The position numbers were made by a program, and so were the translations under genes. From an uncultured Verrucomicrobiae bacterium (lineage in GTDB: Bacteria; Verrucomicrobiota; Verrucomicrobiia; Limisphaerales; BOG-1460), in contig CAVXEG010000005.1 in the NCBI GenBank assembly GCA_963760675.1, positions 46,904-110,903 on the forward strand: a stretch of DNA of 64,000 nt, written 5' to 3'. Shown here in pieces: positions 47,566 to 59,908 of this stretch; the first letter of the stretch is position 1, and each line of letters begins with the position of its first letter. Under the pieces are notes generated by a model, which did no database searches, had not been told where the DNA came from, and saw only the letters and a list, made by a program, of their open reading frames with translations.

Positions 47566-48264
47566 ATGCCCACGTGCGCACATAACAAAAGCATCCCTGA
47601 GGATATTCTGAGGAGTCTTCCTGAATCGCAGGGTGGCTCTGGACGCCACCGATGTGTCATATGCGCGTATGCTGAAGGGATTGCGGCAGCTGACCGCGCG
47701 GACAATGTCACTTTGCTCGGCGTAACGGAAACGTGTAAGCACGGAAGAACCGCCTTATCGAGCGCTCTTGCAGGGCTGCAAGATTCACAAGCTGGACGTG
47801 GCCGCCACAGATGTGCTACATGCGCGTTTCACTTTGGCTTCGAGGTGGCGATCGTCGATGCAGAGCAGCGAGTGCAGGCAGATGTTCGAACAGAAGAGGC
47901 CACTCGCGGTATCGAAGGAGCTAAAGGCGATATTGAGGGCAAAGAAGAATGGCGTTTGAGTCGGGGGTACGAAAGGAGTCCTCGAAATCGCAGGCTTGCT
48001 ATTCACGCGCACGGTACGACCTGTGTTGTATGCGGATTTAATTTCAATAATTTCTACGGTGCCGAATACGCGCGCTCTTATATTGAAATCCATCACCTTA
48101 ATCCACTTGGTAAGGCGGGCGAACGGATTATCGATCCCGCGGCTGATTTAAGACCTCTTTGTGCGAATTGCCATAGTATGGTACATCGTCATCCAGCAAA
48201 GGTGCTGTCAATTGAAGAGCTACGCGCACTAGTTGAAAAAGCACGTCTTCATCGCGGGCCATAA
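47566..48264 (+). CDS. McrA-like HNH endonuclease with a duplicated N-terminal Cys/His motif
   Basis: YERS...CVVCGFNF...IEIHHLNPL...LCANCHSMVH; two TCxH...SQxGxGRHRCxxCA repeats. Confidence 0.85.
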   Translation: MPTCAHNKSIPEDILRSLPESQGGSGRHRCVICAYAEGIAAADRADNVTLLGVTETCKHGRTALSSALAGLQDSQAGRGRHRCATCAFHFGFEVAIVDAEQRVQADVRTEEATRGIEGAKGDIEGKEEWRLSRGYERSPRNRRLAIHAHGTTCVVCGFNFNNFYGAEYARSYIEIHHLNPLGKAGERIIDPAADLRPLCANCHSMVHRHPAKVLSIEELRALVEKARLHRGP

Positions 48265-48323
48265 TGACAGAAGTGGAAGTTCAAAACGTGCAGGGGCTCG
48301 CGTCCCGTTGCTGAACATCTCCC

Positions 48324-49034
48324 TCACCAAACAAACGGGACCAGTCGGTAACGCGTGCGCAGACAGTATTCGGAATAGCCGGGCAATTCGCGACGGAGAG
48401 TTTCTTCCTCGTTGAGCAGCCGCAAAATAATCAGAGGAACAATCAGCGCAAACGCCGGCAGTGTCATGAACGAGCCAAGCGCGAAAGGGGCCGCAAACCA
48501 GATGCCGGCGATGGCGGAATACATCGGGTGTCGCACGAAGCGGTATGGGCCATCGGAGACCACGGTTTGACCGGCCTCGACCTGGATGATGCTTGATGCG
48601 AAACGGTTGACGTTCATGACCCAAAACATCAGCAGCTCGGAGATCACGATGATTAAAAGCGCCAGCAGTGTCAGCCACAGCGGCACTCCGCCGAGGAATT
48701 CATGCGACCAGCCGAACCGGTAATCCAATCCGGCCATGTAAATTGAGAAAAGGAAGATCGCGCTCGCGAGCCTTGAAAAAAGTCTTTGTGCCGGGATTTT
48801 TTCCTTTCTAAGCAGCCTGCGTTCGAGCAATTGCGGGTCGCGTTTGTGGAAAACAATCACCGCCAGCGCAGGGGCAAGTTCGAGGCAGGCTAGAAAAGCC
48901 CAGCCCTGCCAGAACTTCAACGAGCCTGCGGACAGAAAGAGCACCATCGCCGTTATGAATACCGCGACCGTGCCGCGACGAATCAGCCGGGGCAGGAGAG
49001 GTGTTTGCGTGGGAGTGGCCGTTGGCTCCGTCAC
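48324..49034 (-). CDS. Isoprenylcysteine carboxyl methyltransferase (ICMT/PEMT) family membrane protein
   Basis: GPYRFVRHPMY, EEETLRRELPGYSEY...RYRLVPFVW. Confidence 0.9.
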   Translation of the reverse strand: MTEPTATPTQTPLLPRLIRRGTVAVFITAMVLFLSAGSLKFWQGWAFLACLELAPALAVIVFHKRDPQLLERRLLRKEKIPAQRLFSRLASAIFLFSIYMAGLDYRFGWSHEFLGGVPLWLTLLALLIIVISELLMFWVMNVNRFASSIIQVEAGQTVVSDGPYRFVRHPMYSAIAGIWFAAPFALGSFMTLPAFALIVPLIILRLLNEEETLRRELPGYSEYCLRTRYRLVPFVW

Positions 49035-49078
49035 TTGGGCACGAGAGTGTCATGCGGAGGGGTTCTTGGCGAACCCAT

Positions 49079-49469
49079 TTCTCCCTCTCTTCCACGAAGT
49101 GGAGGAGAGGGCCGGGGAGAGGAGGCCTGTTCGAAAATTCCCCTCTCCCTAGCCCTCTCCCCGCTTTGGCGGGGAGAGGGAACGAATTTGATCAGTCACC
49201 GCAAGGACCGAGCGCGTCTTGGCGAATCAGAGGTAGGGACATCGCGCTGCGATGTCCGCTGACGGAACAGTTCAGTCACACAATCGAGAGCGCACGCGCA
49301 ACTCATTCGGTGTTGTGGGGCATGAAACTTCGCGGAACGTGATTCGGATCAATAAGACGCTCACTTCTCCCTCTCTTCCATGGAAGTGGAGGAGAGGGCC
49401 GGGCAGAGGAGGCCTGTTCGAAAATTCCCCTCTCCCTAGCCCTCTCCCCGCTTTGGCGGGGAGAGGGAA
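49079..49469. repeat. Two ~104-bp direct repeats (49079-49182, 49365-49469), each made of CCCTCTC...GAGAGGG palindromes, with a GTAG-REP between them
   Basis: Near-identical copies of CTCCCTCTCTTCCA...GGAGAGGGCCGGGGAGAGG...CCCTCTCCCCGCTTTGGCGGGGAGAGGG. Confidence 0.85.
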
Positions 49470-49882
49470 TGAATCAAGGGCGGAATAAAGCGGTGATTCT
49501 GAACTTTGCGTCGAACCGATACGCATCCGGTGCGCCGATGCAGTGCATTCCAGATTTCCAGCAGCACGCCGTCGCGATTGTTATTCCATTGATGATTCCA
49601 GAACCGCAGTTCCTCGATCCCTCGCACAGCCAGGAATTCTGTGCGTTCTTCGTCACAACGAACTTCTTCCGGCATTCCGTGCTGAAAACCATCAAGTTCG
49701 ACTGACAATTTTGCGGAGGGGCAATAGAAGTCGAGAAAGTATTTGCCGACGATGTGTTGCCGCCGGAATTTGAAACCTGCAAAACGACCAGCACGCAAAG
49801 CACGCCACAAGACCCTTTCTTCATCCGTCTGTTCGCGCCGTAGGCGGCGAGCATTACCGGTGGAGTCCATTAAGCACTCCAC
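49436..49882 (-). CDS. DUF559 (Vsr-like PD-(D/E)xK) endonuclease domain protein
   Basis: ARRLRREQTDEERVLW...FRRQH...DFYC...VELDGFQH...LRFWN. Confidence 0.9.
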   Translation of the reverse strand: MECLMDSTGNARRLRREQTDEERVLWRALRAGRFAGFKFRRQHIVGKYFLDFYCPSAKLSVELDGFQHGMPEEVRCDEERTEFLAVRGIEELRFWNHQWNNNRDGVLLEIWNALHRRTGCVSVRRKVQNHRFIPPLIHSLSPPKRGEG

Positions 49883-49885
49883 CGC

Positions 49886-50266
49886 TCACATCGCGGCTTT
49901 GAAAACGCCGAAAGCTGCGCCCTGCGGGTCCATCAGCACGGCGATTCTTCCGACGTTCGGCACATCGAATGGCGGCGCGCAGACTTTTCCGCCGAGTTTG
50001 GCTGCCTGCTCCGCGGTCGCGTCCACGTTTTCGACGGTGATGTAAGCAAGCCAGTGCGAGGGCATGCCGGGTTGTGGCGCTTTCATCAAGCCGCCGACGG
50101 CGTCATCGCCTTTCTTGAGAATGGTGTAATTCTGGTCGAAGCCTTCCATCTTCCAACCGAACAGGTTCGAGTAATACTTCTTGGCGGCTTCAACCTCCGT
50201 GGTGATGAGTTCGTTCCAACTGAAGTGGCCGGGTTTGTTCATGGGTGAATCGTTGTTGTCGCTCAT
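49886..50266 (-). CDS. VOC/glyoxalase family protein
   Basis: FSWNELIT, YSNLFGW, WLAYITVENVD, GRIAVLMDPQGA. Confidence 0.9.
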   Translation of the reverse strand: MSDNNDSPMNKPGHFSWNELITTEVEAAKKYYSNLFGWKMEGFDQNYTILKKGDDAVGGLMKAPQPGMPSHWLAYITVENVDATAEQAAKLGGKVCAPPFDVPNVGRIAVLMDPQGAAFGVFKAAM

Positions 50267-50515
50267 AGTTTCCTTTTTGGTGTTTGAACGGCGCGCGGTG
50301 TTCCGCGCATTGATCTGTGATTTTCCAGGAGCCTTGCAGATTGTTTGGCTGGTGCAATCATTTTGTAGGACCGCAAGAACGCCGATCAGTAGTTTTCTGG
50401 ATGAGCCACACAGAAATTTTGAATGACTTTTTCGCATGGCGGTCTTATAATTAAAATCGCTTGAAGCAACCGATGCCAACCCCAATGCACGGTGGGCTCT
50501 GTCAAGGAAAGCCCG

Positions 50516-50532
50516 TTGGCATCCTTCACGCT
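50516..50532 (+). promoter_or_regulatory. Putative sigma54 (-24/-12) promoter
   Basis: TTGGCATCCTTCACGCT fits GG-N10-GC, 30 nt before an ATG that has an SD. Confidence 0.45.
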
Positions 50533-50562
50533 AGGTTAACTCTCGAGAAAGGAATTCGAGCT

Positions 50563-50727
50563 ATGACCAGGACACTGGAAGTAATCAATGAAGCAGTGAG
50601 GAACCCCAGGCATCCCTTCCGAAAAACCGATAATCAGCCCAAAAAGGCTCTCAAACACCGTTACGAACGCAGGAAAATTAAAAGCTATCTCCATCTTCAA
50701 GACTGGCTGACTGAAGAAACAGCCTGA
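50563..50727 (+). CDS. Small basic hypothetical protein (54 aa)
   Basis: AAAGGA SD; MTRTLEVINEAVRNPRHPFRK...KHRYERRKIKSYL. Confidence 0.6.
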   Translation: MTRTLEVINEAVRNPRHPFRKTDNQPKKALKHRYERRKIKSYLHLQDWLTEETA

Positions 50728-50908
50728 GCCATTTTTTCAACAATCTGAGAAGAAAACGCCACGGGCTACAGTTAAATTCTGTCTCTTTCTCAACGCGTAT
50801 CGCAAACAAATCTCGGTAAGAAACTCGAAAGGTCCAATTTACTGGCTCGGCGGCGCGCGTACGCTTTCCGGCTGGCATTATCCCAACTGTTAAATTATCA
50901 CTGGCGCC

Positions 50909-51876
50909 ATGAGTTCGTCCGCGTGGGCGTTGGCCTCTATTGTGCGTTGGTGTTGCTGGCTTCGCTGGCCGGTGGCTGGTTGCCGCTGCTGATTCACCTG
51001 ACCCATACCCGCCTGCAAATGGCGATCAGCTTTGTTGCGGGCCTGATGCTTGGCATCGCGCTGCTGCATTTCCTGCCTGATTCGGAGAAACAGCTTCATT
51101 CGCTAAATCGCACGGTCGCATGGGCTCTGGGCGGTTTTCTGGCGATGTTTTTCCTGCAACGGTTCTTTCATTTTCATCATCATGATCTGCCCGAAGGCGA
51201 TCCCGAAAATTGCTGCCATGACGACGCATCTTCATCCCATCACCACGACCACGATCATGAACATCACGCTCACACTCTTGCGGAAAAATCCGCCAAACAG
51301 CTTTCATGGATAGGCACCGCGCTGGGACTAAGCCTGCATTCATTGCTGGATGGCCTGGCGCTTGCCGCCGCGGTCAAAGCGCAATCACATGGACACGTCG
51401 GACTGGCTGGTTTGGGCACGGCGCTCGCCGTCATTCTCCACAAACCTTTCGATGCTATGGCGGTTTCGACCTTGATGACCGCGGGCGGCAGCTCGCGATT
51501 TTCCCGGCAGTTGTTAAACGGATTGTTTGCCCTGGCAACACCGCTTGGAGTTGCTTTGTTTACCTGGGCGCGGGCGCATGTGGCGAAGTCGGATGTCGTG
51601 TTTCTCGGTTGCGCGCTTGGATTTTGCGCGGGGACGTTTCTTTGCATCGCCTGCAGCGATCTGCTGCCCGAACTGCAATTTCACTCGCACGACCGGTTAA
51701 AATTATCGATCGCGCTCATGGCTGGAATAGGCCTGGCTGTGCTGATTGGGAAATTTGAAGGCTCGGAAACCGCTGAATCTTTGCGACAAATAAAAAGACC
51801 CGCAACTGGCGTTGCGGGCCAAATTCTGGTCCAGCCTGCTTCTACTTCATCAGCAGCATCTGCCGCGCGCGCTTGA
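50909..51876 (+). CDS. ZIP family metal (Zn) transporter (indel near start; end uncertain)
   Basis: His-rich loop, LHSLLDG, ILHKP, SDLLPEL motifs. Confidence 0.88.
51792..51820 (-). terminator. Probable terminator after rpsR
   Basis: GACCCGCAAC-TGGC-GTTGCGGGCC with an adjacent A-tract on the plus strand. Confidence 0.6.
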
Positions 51877-52109
51877 TGGCGCGGTTGAGCCGGCGCTGGT
51901 AATGGGCGGGCAGGCCGGTGTATTTGCGCGGCAGGATGCGGCCCTGGTCGGTCACGAACTGCCGGAGCAGGTTGACGTTCTTGAAATCGAGCGCGTCAAC
52001 GGTGAAATCAATCTTGGGCTTCGGCCGCGGCGTGCGCATTTCGATCAGTCGAAGTACGGCCGCGACCGCCGCGCCTGTCCGGTTTGTCGGTGCGAGTTTT
52101 GCGAGGCAT
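51842..52109 (-). CDS. rpsR: 30S ribosomal protein S18, Cys-free type (indel)
   Basis: [43 protein letters not shown]. Confidence 0.93.
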
Positions 52110-52113
52110 AGGC

Positions 52114-52282
52114 TTACTTGATTTCGCGATGCAGCGTGTGGCGGCGCAGGGCCGGATTGTACTTCTTGAGTCTCCAGCTTTTCCGTCTTCAGCTTCTTGT
52201 TGCGCGTGGTGGTGTAGCGCGAAGGGGACTTGCCTTCCTTGCGCGCCTCGGTGCATTCGATGGTGATGATTTCGCGGGGCAT
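52114..52282 (-). CDS. rpmG: 50S ribosomal protein L33, Zn-free type (indel)
   Basis: [12 protein letters not shown]...[10 protein letters not shown]...[17 protein letters not shown]. Confidence 0.93.
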
Positions 52283-52285
52283 AAA

Positions 52286-52869
52286 TTATTCCTTCTCCTT
52301 GGGCTTCTCCTCCGGCTCTTCCTCTTCGGCTTCGACTTCGGCCACGCCGACGGCATCCACGGTGCCGAGCGCGCCGAGGCGGCGCTGGCGCAACGCGCCT
52401 TCGCGTTCCAGTTGGGCCTGGGCCTGCACCGTGAACCGGGTCCAGGGAATCGCTTCCAGCCGCGCCTTGGGAATCGGTTTGCCGGTCAATTCGCAGATCG
52501 CCGTAGGTGTTCTTCTCAATCCGCTTGAGCGCCTCTTCGATTTCGTAAATCGCGTCCTGGTCGGAGGACAGCAGGCTCAGCGCAAAATCGCGGTCGAAAT
52601 TGTCCGTGCCGGAATCCGCCATGTGCAGGCTGTAGCCGGCCATTTCCTGGGCGGATTCCTTGGCCAGGCCGTTCATCTGGCGGAGCAGTTGTTCGCGCAA
52701 ATCGAGCAGGCGGTTGTAAAACTTCTCCCACTCGGCCTTGATCTTCACTTCGCCGTTCTTCTTCGGCTTCTCCGGACGACCGGTCGGCCGAGAATGGCGG
52801 CGGCGGTGGCCGACGCCGTGCGGCTTGTTCCGCGCCGGCGCTTTTACGATCTTTCTTCTTCGTTGTCAC
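52286..52869 (-). CDS. dksA: TraR/DksA family regulator with a degenerate zinc finger (indels)
   Basis: HMADSGTD coiled-coil tip; IEEALKRI...YGICELTGKPIPKARLEAIPWTRFTVQAQ (one Cys only). Confidence 0.85.
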
Positions 52870-53041
52870 AACTTCAACCAGATTCTGTTCAATTTCTGCC
52901 TATCTTCATGTCTCAGACGGAATACACCGCATCCCGCTGAGAGTGCGGCGAATGTAGCAAAGGAACTCAAATATTCCACAACAATTTTCAAAAAATTGCC
53001 GTTGGCAGCCGAAGAACCTCCGCTGCCGGCCGAGTCGCGCT

Positions 53042-53881
53042 TCAACCCTTCTCGATGCAGGCGTAGGCGTTGTGGTTGTGGATGCTCTCGTGGTTCTCCG
53101 CCTCCACCTTGTACCAGGTCACATCGCGGATGCGCGTTGAGCTTCAGCGCCACGTTGCGCACCAGGTCCTCCACAAACACCGGGTTTTCATAGGCCCGTC
53201 TCCGTCACCGCCTTTTCGTCCTGGCGCTTGAGCAGAGCGTACAGCTCCGAACTGGCCGAGCTTTCGATGATCGCAATCAGGTCCTCGATCCAGACCGCCT
53301 TGCGCGACCGGATCTGCACCGTGCACTTCGCCGCGCTGATTGTGCGCGCCGTAGGTCGCTGATGGCTTTCGAGCACGGACAAAGCGTCGTCACGTTCGCC
53401 TTGACCGTCAGCACGAAATCAATTTCCTTGCCGCACGCCGTCGCGTCGAACCGCGCCGTGTAATCCATCACGCTTTCCATGCCGGACACCGGCGCTTTCT
53501 TCGCCATGAAATACGGAAACTCCATCTCCAGGTGCGACGTGGCCGCGTTCAACTTCTCCTGCATCGCGTACAGAATGTCCGTGATGTTCTCGACGTGGAT
53601 GATGTTGCCGTGCGCATTGAGCACCTCGATGAACCGGCTCATGTGCGTGCCTTTGAATTCCTTGGGCAAATCCACGAACATGCCGATGGTCGCGACGGTG
53701 TTCTGCACGCGTGCGCCTTGTCGCGCACCTGGATCGGGAAGCGCAGGCCGCGCACGCCGACCTTGTCGATGCGCAATTCGCGATGATCGCGCTCGCTCTG
53801 CTTGTCGTGCATCACGCCATACGATTTCTTCGAAAGCGCGCCATGTGAAGCGGCACCGTTCGATTGAAGGCTTTTTTGCAT
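53042..53881 (-). CDS. folE2: GTP cyclohydrolase IB (indels)
   Basis: [55 protein letters not shown]. Confidence 0.94.
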
Positions 53882-53997
53882 GGTCACAAAATAGCAGCGC
53901 ACGCCTTCTTTGCAAAAATTATCTTCCCACATTGGGGTTTCGTCCAACGGGCGAAGTTCTGTTTGACTTGGCATCGGCAGACCACTACCTCTGCGCG

Positions 53998-54934
53998 ATG
54001 TGCTATGGTTTCACACACATTCGCCTCGTGGTAGTGATACTAGCTGCCTTCTCGTCGTGGACGAGCGACGCTGCGACCTTCCGCGTCGCCACCTACAACG
54101 TGGAAAACTATCTCGATCAACCCACCGAATCGCGCACCCACCCAAAATCTGCCGAGGCAAAAGCCAAAATCCGCGAAAGCATTCGCGCGCTGAAACCCGA
54201 CGTGATCGCACTTGAGGAAATGGGCACCACCAACGCGCTGCTCGAATTGCGTGTCTCGCTCAAGGCCGAGGGACTCGATTTTCCTTACTGGGAACACGTC
54301 ACCGGCTTCGACACCAACATCCACGTTGCCGTCCTCAGCCGGTTTCCCATCATCGCGCGCCGTCCGCACACGAACGACAATTTTCTCCTGAGCGGACGCC
54401 GCTTTCGCGTCAGCCGCGGCTTTGCGGAAGTGGATATTCAGCGTGAACTCGAGCTATTCTCTTCACGCTCATCGCCGCGCATTTGAAATCCAAACGCCCC
54501 GTGCCTGAAGCCGACGAGGCGGAACATGCGTCTCGAAGAAGCGAAAATCCTGCGCGAAAACATTGATGCTGATCTTGCGGCGCGATCCCGACGCCAACCT
54601 CATCGTGCTCGGCGATTTCAACGACACCAAGGATTCCGCTTCAACAAAAGAAATCATTGGCCGCGGCCGATTCAAGCTCATCGACACTCGTCCCGCCGAG
54701 CGCAACGGCGACAACGCGCCCAGCCCGAATCCGCGTTACGAGCCGCGCAACATCACGTGGACGCATTACTACGGCGTGGAGGACACCTACAGCCGGATTG
54801 ATTACATCCTGCTCAGCCCCGGCATGGCGCGCGAATGGGTGACGAACGAAACCTACGTGCTCACGATTCCGAATTGGGGCATCGGCTCAGATCACCGTCC
54901 GCTTGTGGCGACGTTTGAAGCGGGAGACAAGTAA
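53998..54934 (+). CDS. Secreted endonuclease/exonuclease/phosphatase family protein (indels)
   Basis: Signal peptide; ATYNVENY, ALEEM, AHLKSK, LGDFND, RIDYIL, SDHRP. Confidence 0.88.
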
Positions 54935-55014
54935 GAGAACAACTGGGCGTTAGAGAACGATCTGGTTCAGCACAAAATGGAGCGACGAATGCGGCAACCC
55001 ATGGTTGGTCCATT

Positions 55015-55713
55015 TCAGGGGCTTCCCAGCTGTTCTCGGTGGGGCAAGTGATCTCGATTCCAGCGTGCCAATGCCGGATCACTCGCATCGTCAAACAGGA
55101 ATGTAAGCGTCGGCGACTCAACGTGGCCGTCGCAGAACAACACGTTGGCTCGACCTGAATGGCGTGCAAATGTGTTCCCAAGGCGGGCCAGCTCCTGCGA
55201 CGGAGCTCGCATGAAATCGGCACTACCGCTAAAACTCTCACCTATCGCCATCATGTCCGTCGGCGCTACCACTTCCGATTCTCGGATCGGCATGGTCGGA
55301 CTGCCCGGTTCCCAGTGGCCATGCAAGCCGGGTGAGTTGGTCAGATTTCCTGTTCTTAATACTCCAAATTGATTGTATCCATACGACATCGATCCGTTTG
55401 AAACGTGTGCCGCCGGGCAAAGCCATACTCCTTTCTTCAGGAAATTTGTCGCTGGCAAAGAAATGCCAAAACCCTGACGCTCCAACCTGGGCGCCCAGAG
55501 CGGCCCCAACGGGTAGGCATGGTTATCCGCAAGAAATGCCTGCAGCGCGAGCCCGACTTGGTGGAGATTGGAGACGCAGCGGATTTGCTGCGCCTTGCTC
55601 TTGCCCCGAGACAGCGTCGGTAGCAACAGGGCAGCCAACAGCCCGATGATGGCCATGACCACCAGTAATTCAGTTAAGGTCAACGCTCGCTGGCCTTTTC
55701 GCGTTCTACTCAT
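55015..55713 (-). CDS. Prepilin-type N-terminal methylation protein with an H-X9-DG C-terminal motif
   Basis: ALTLTELLVVMAIIGLLAALLLP...CVSNLHQ...RHSGRANVLFCDGHVE. Confidence 0.9.
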   Translation of the reverse strand: MSRTRKGQRALTLTELLVVMAIIGLLAALLLPTLSRGKSKAQQIRCVSNLHQVGLALQAFLADNHAYPLGPLWAPRLERQGFGISLPATNFLKKGVWLCPAAHVSNGSMSYGYNQFGVLRTGNLTNSPGLHGHWEPGSPTMPIRESEVVAPTDMMAIGESFSGSADFMRAPSQELARLGNTFARHSGRANVLFCDGHVESPTLTFLFDDASDPALARWNRDHLPHREQLGSP

Positions 55714-55996
55714 TGCAGTCGTCAGCTTTGATCGTTTGGTGCTTTTCTTCCATGGTTTTCTCGCTAACACCACCCTCCATCAATTTGGGTTCGGAGGCAT
55801 CGCCAGCTTGCTGTGTGTCAAAATTCAATCAGACGGGACATTCGCCGTCGAGCAAATCTCTAAGCTGAATCGGTTCACTTTGGTATGTGCTCATGGCGGA
55901 GCTTGAAATCTTTCTTGCGCGTTGTTCTACAAAGAGGTCGCGCCGACGGGCCGCCTCTTCCATTTCGCAACGCCGGCCCCAACGATTTGCTTAACC

Positions 55997-58594
<2,598 letters not shown>

Positions 58595-58890
58595 ACAGAA
58601 CCAATACGTGCTGCCCGTCAGCTTCGCAAGTGACCACTGGCCCTAATGCAAATACGCAGGCCAGCGCGACCGCAAACCTACTTTGGTTCCGCGTTTCGCT
58701 TCACGTTGTTTCTTGAACTCGCCTTTCAAAATGCAATTCAGGTCTCTGCGTCGGCGATGATTCGGGACGAATCTTTTCCGGCGGTTGGACATACTAATGG
58801 ACGCTGCATCAAAAATATTTCCGAGAGGTTCCTCTTGGACGGCATTTGTCCAACCCCTTCTGTCAGGATTTCGCGCAAGAAAGGACCAAT

Positions 58891-59076
58891 ATGATGATCG
58901 AACAGATGGAACTGAGTTTGAATGGAGCGCGGAAATGCCCATCGGCCAACCGGCGTCAACGGCGCTTGAGCCGCGCGAATTGGTGGTTTCAGCGGATGCG
59001 CGACGTGGTGGACAAAGCGATCGACTGGCATCCCGCGTCACCGCCCCGACCGGAACAAATCTGGTTTCCGGAATAG
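58891..59076 (+). CDS. Small hypothetical protein (61 aa)
   Basis: AAAGGA SD; MMIEQMELSL...RANWWFQRMR...PPRPEQIWF. Confidence 0.55.
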   Translation: MMIEQMELSLNGARKCPSANRRQRRLSRANWWFQRMRDVVDKAIDWHPASPPRPEQIWFPE

Positions 59077-59260
59077 AAGCGTTGACGCGCAACGCACGCT
59101 TCGCGGATTTCACAGCAAGGATGCGTTGCCCGCATCCTCCCACACCCGCTGAAGCCCGCGCGTGCGCCGGTTGTTGGCCCCACTGCAATCCGGCAACCGG
59201 CGTACGCCATTTGCATCATCAGCACACTGCGTGTTCAGCGCGTCGTTTCACAGATTCCCA

Positions 59261-59908
59261 CTATGCGGGGTGCACGATGAAATCCACCTTCAGTGCTTTG
59301 ATAGCATTGAGCATGAATTGAATTGCGACGGCTGCGAGAAGGAGCCCCATGATCCGCGTCGTGATCTTCATCGCGATGGGATTAATCCATTTTGCGCCGC
59401 GTGCCGACACACGGAAGACGATGTAGCTGGCGAAGGAAACACCCAGAATGCAGACATAAAGCGCAATGGTTTTTGCGACGTTGCCGTCGGCCTGGTTTTG
59501 AAGCAGGATGGCGGTGGAAATTGCGCCGGGTCCGGCGAGCATCGGAACGGCGAGCGGTGTGATTGCGATGTCCGTTTTCTCAGCGCCCGCCGCGGTTTCC
59601 TCAATCGTTTCCTGCACACGCGAGCGTTGAGCGCGCAACATGTCGAGCGCGACCAGCAGCAGCACGATGCTCGCGGCAATCTGGAATGCCGGCATCGTGA
59701 TGCCCAGGACTTTGAAAATCCACGTTCCTGCTGCTGCAAAGATCAGCAGCACCGCCGCCATGACGATACATGCCAGCCGTGCCATGCGAATCCGTTCCTG
59801 CGGCGAATCCTGTGGTGTCATGGCAAGGAATGCCGGAACTGCCGCGATTGGATCCACGATCACGAACAGCGAACTGGCGGCGAGAAAAAGGTATTCGTAA
59901 AAGTTCAT
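59261..59908 (-). CDS. MarC family membrane protein
   Basis: LFVIVDPI, IAITPLAVPMLAGPGAI, TRIMGLLLAAVA. Confidence 0.92.
   Translation of the reverse strand: MNFYEYLFLAASSLFVIVDPIAAVPAFLAMTPQDSPQERIRMARLACIVMAAVLLIFAAAGTWIFKVLGITMPAFQIAASIVLLLVALDMLRAQRSRVQETIEETAAGAEKTDIAITPLAVPMLAGPGAISTAILLQNQADGNVAKTIALYVCILGVSFASYIVFRVSARGAKWINPIAMKITTRIMGLLLAAVAIQFMLNAIKALKVDFIVHPA

Noticed and set aside
49079-49469. CRISPR array
   Set aside because: Only two 104-bp copies, wrong size, palindromic REP-like structure and no cas genes
50461-50480. Second sigma54 promoter on the minus strand (TTGGCATCGGTTGC)
   Set aside because: GG-to-GC spacing is 8 nt, not the required 10
51842-52282. Apparent L33-S18 fusion ORF
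   Set aside because: Two compensating indels; the L33 stop (52114) and S18 start (52109) are visible in the corrected frames
59100-59260. Possible ncRNA between the small ORF and marC
   Set aside because: Only isolated hairpins (e.g. GGATGCG-TTGCC-CGCATCC); no recognisable family features
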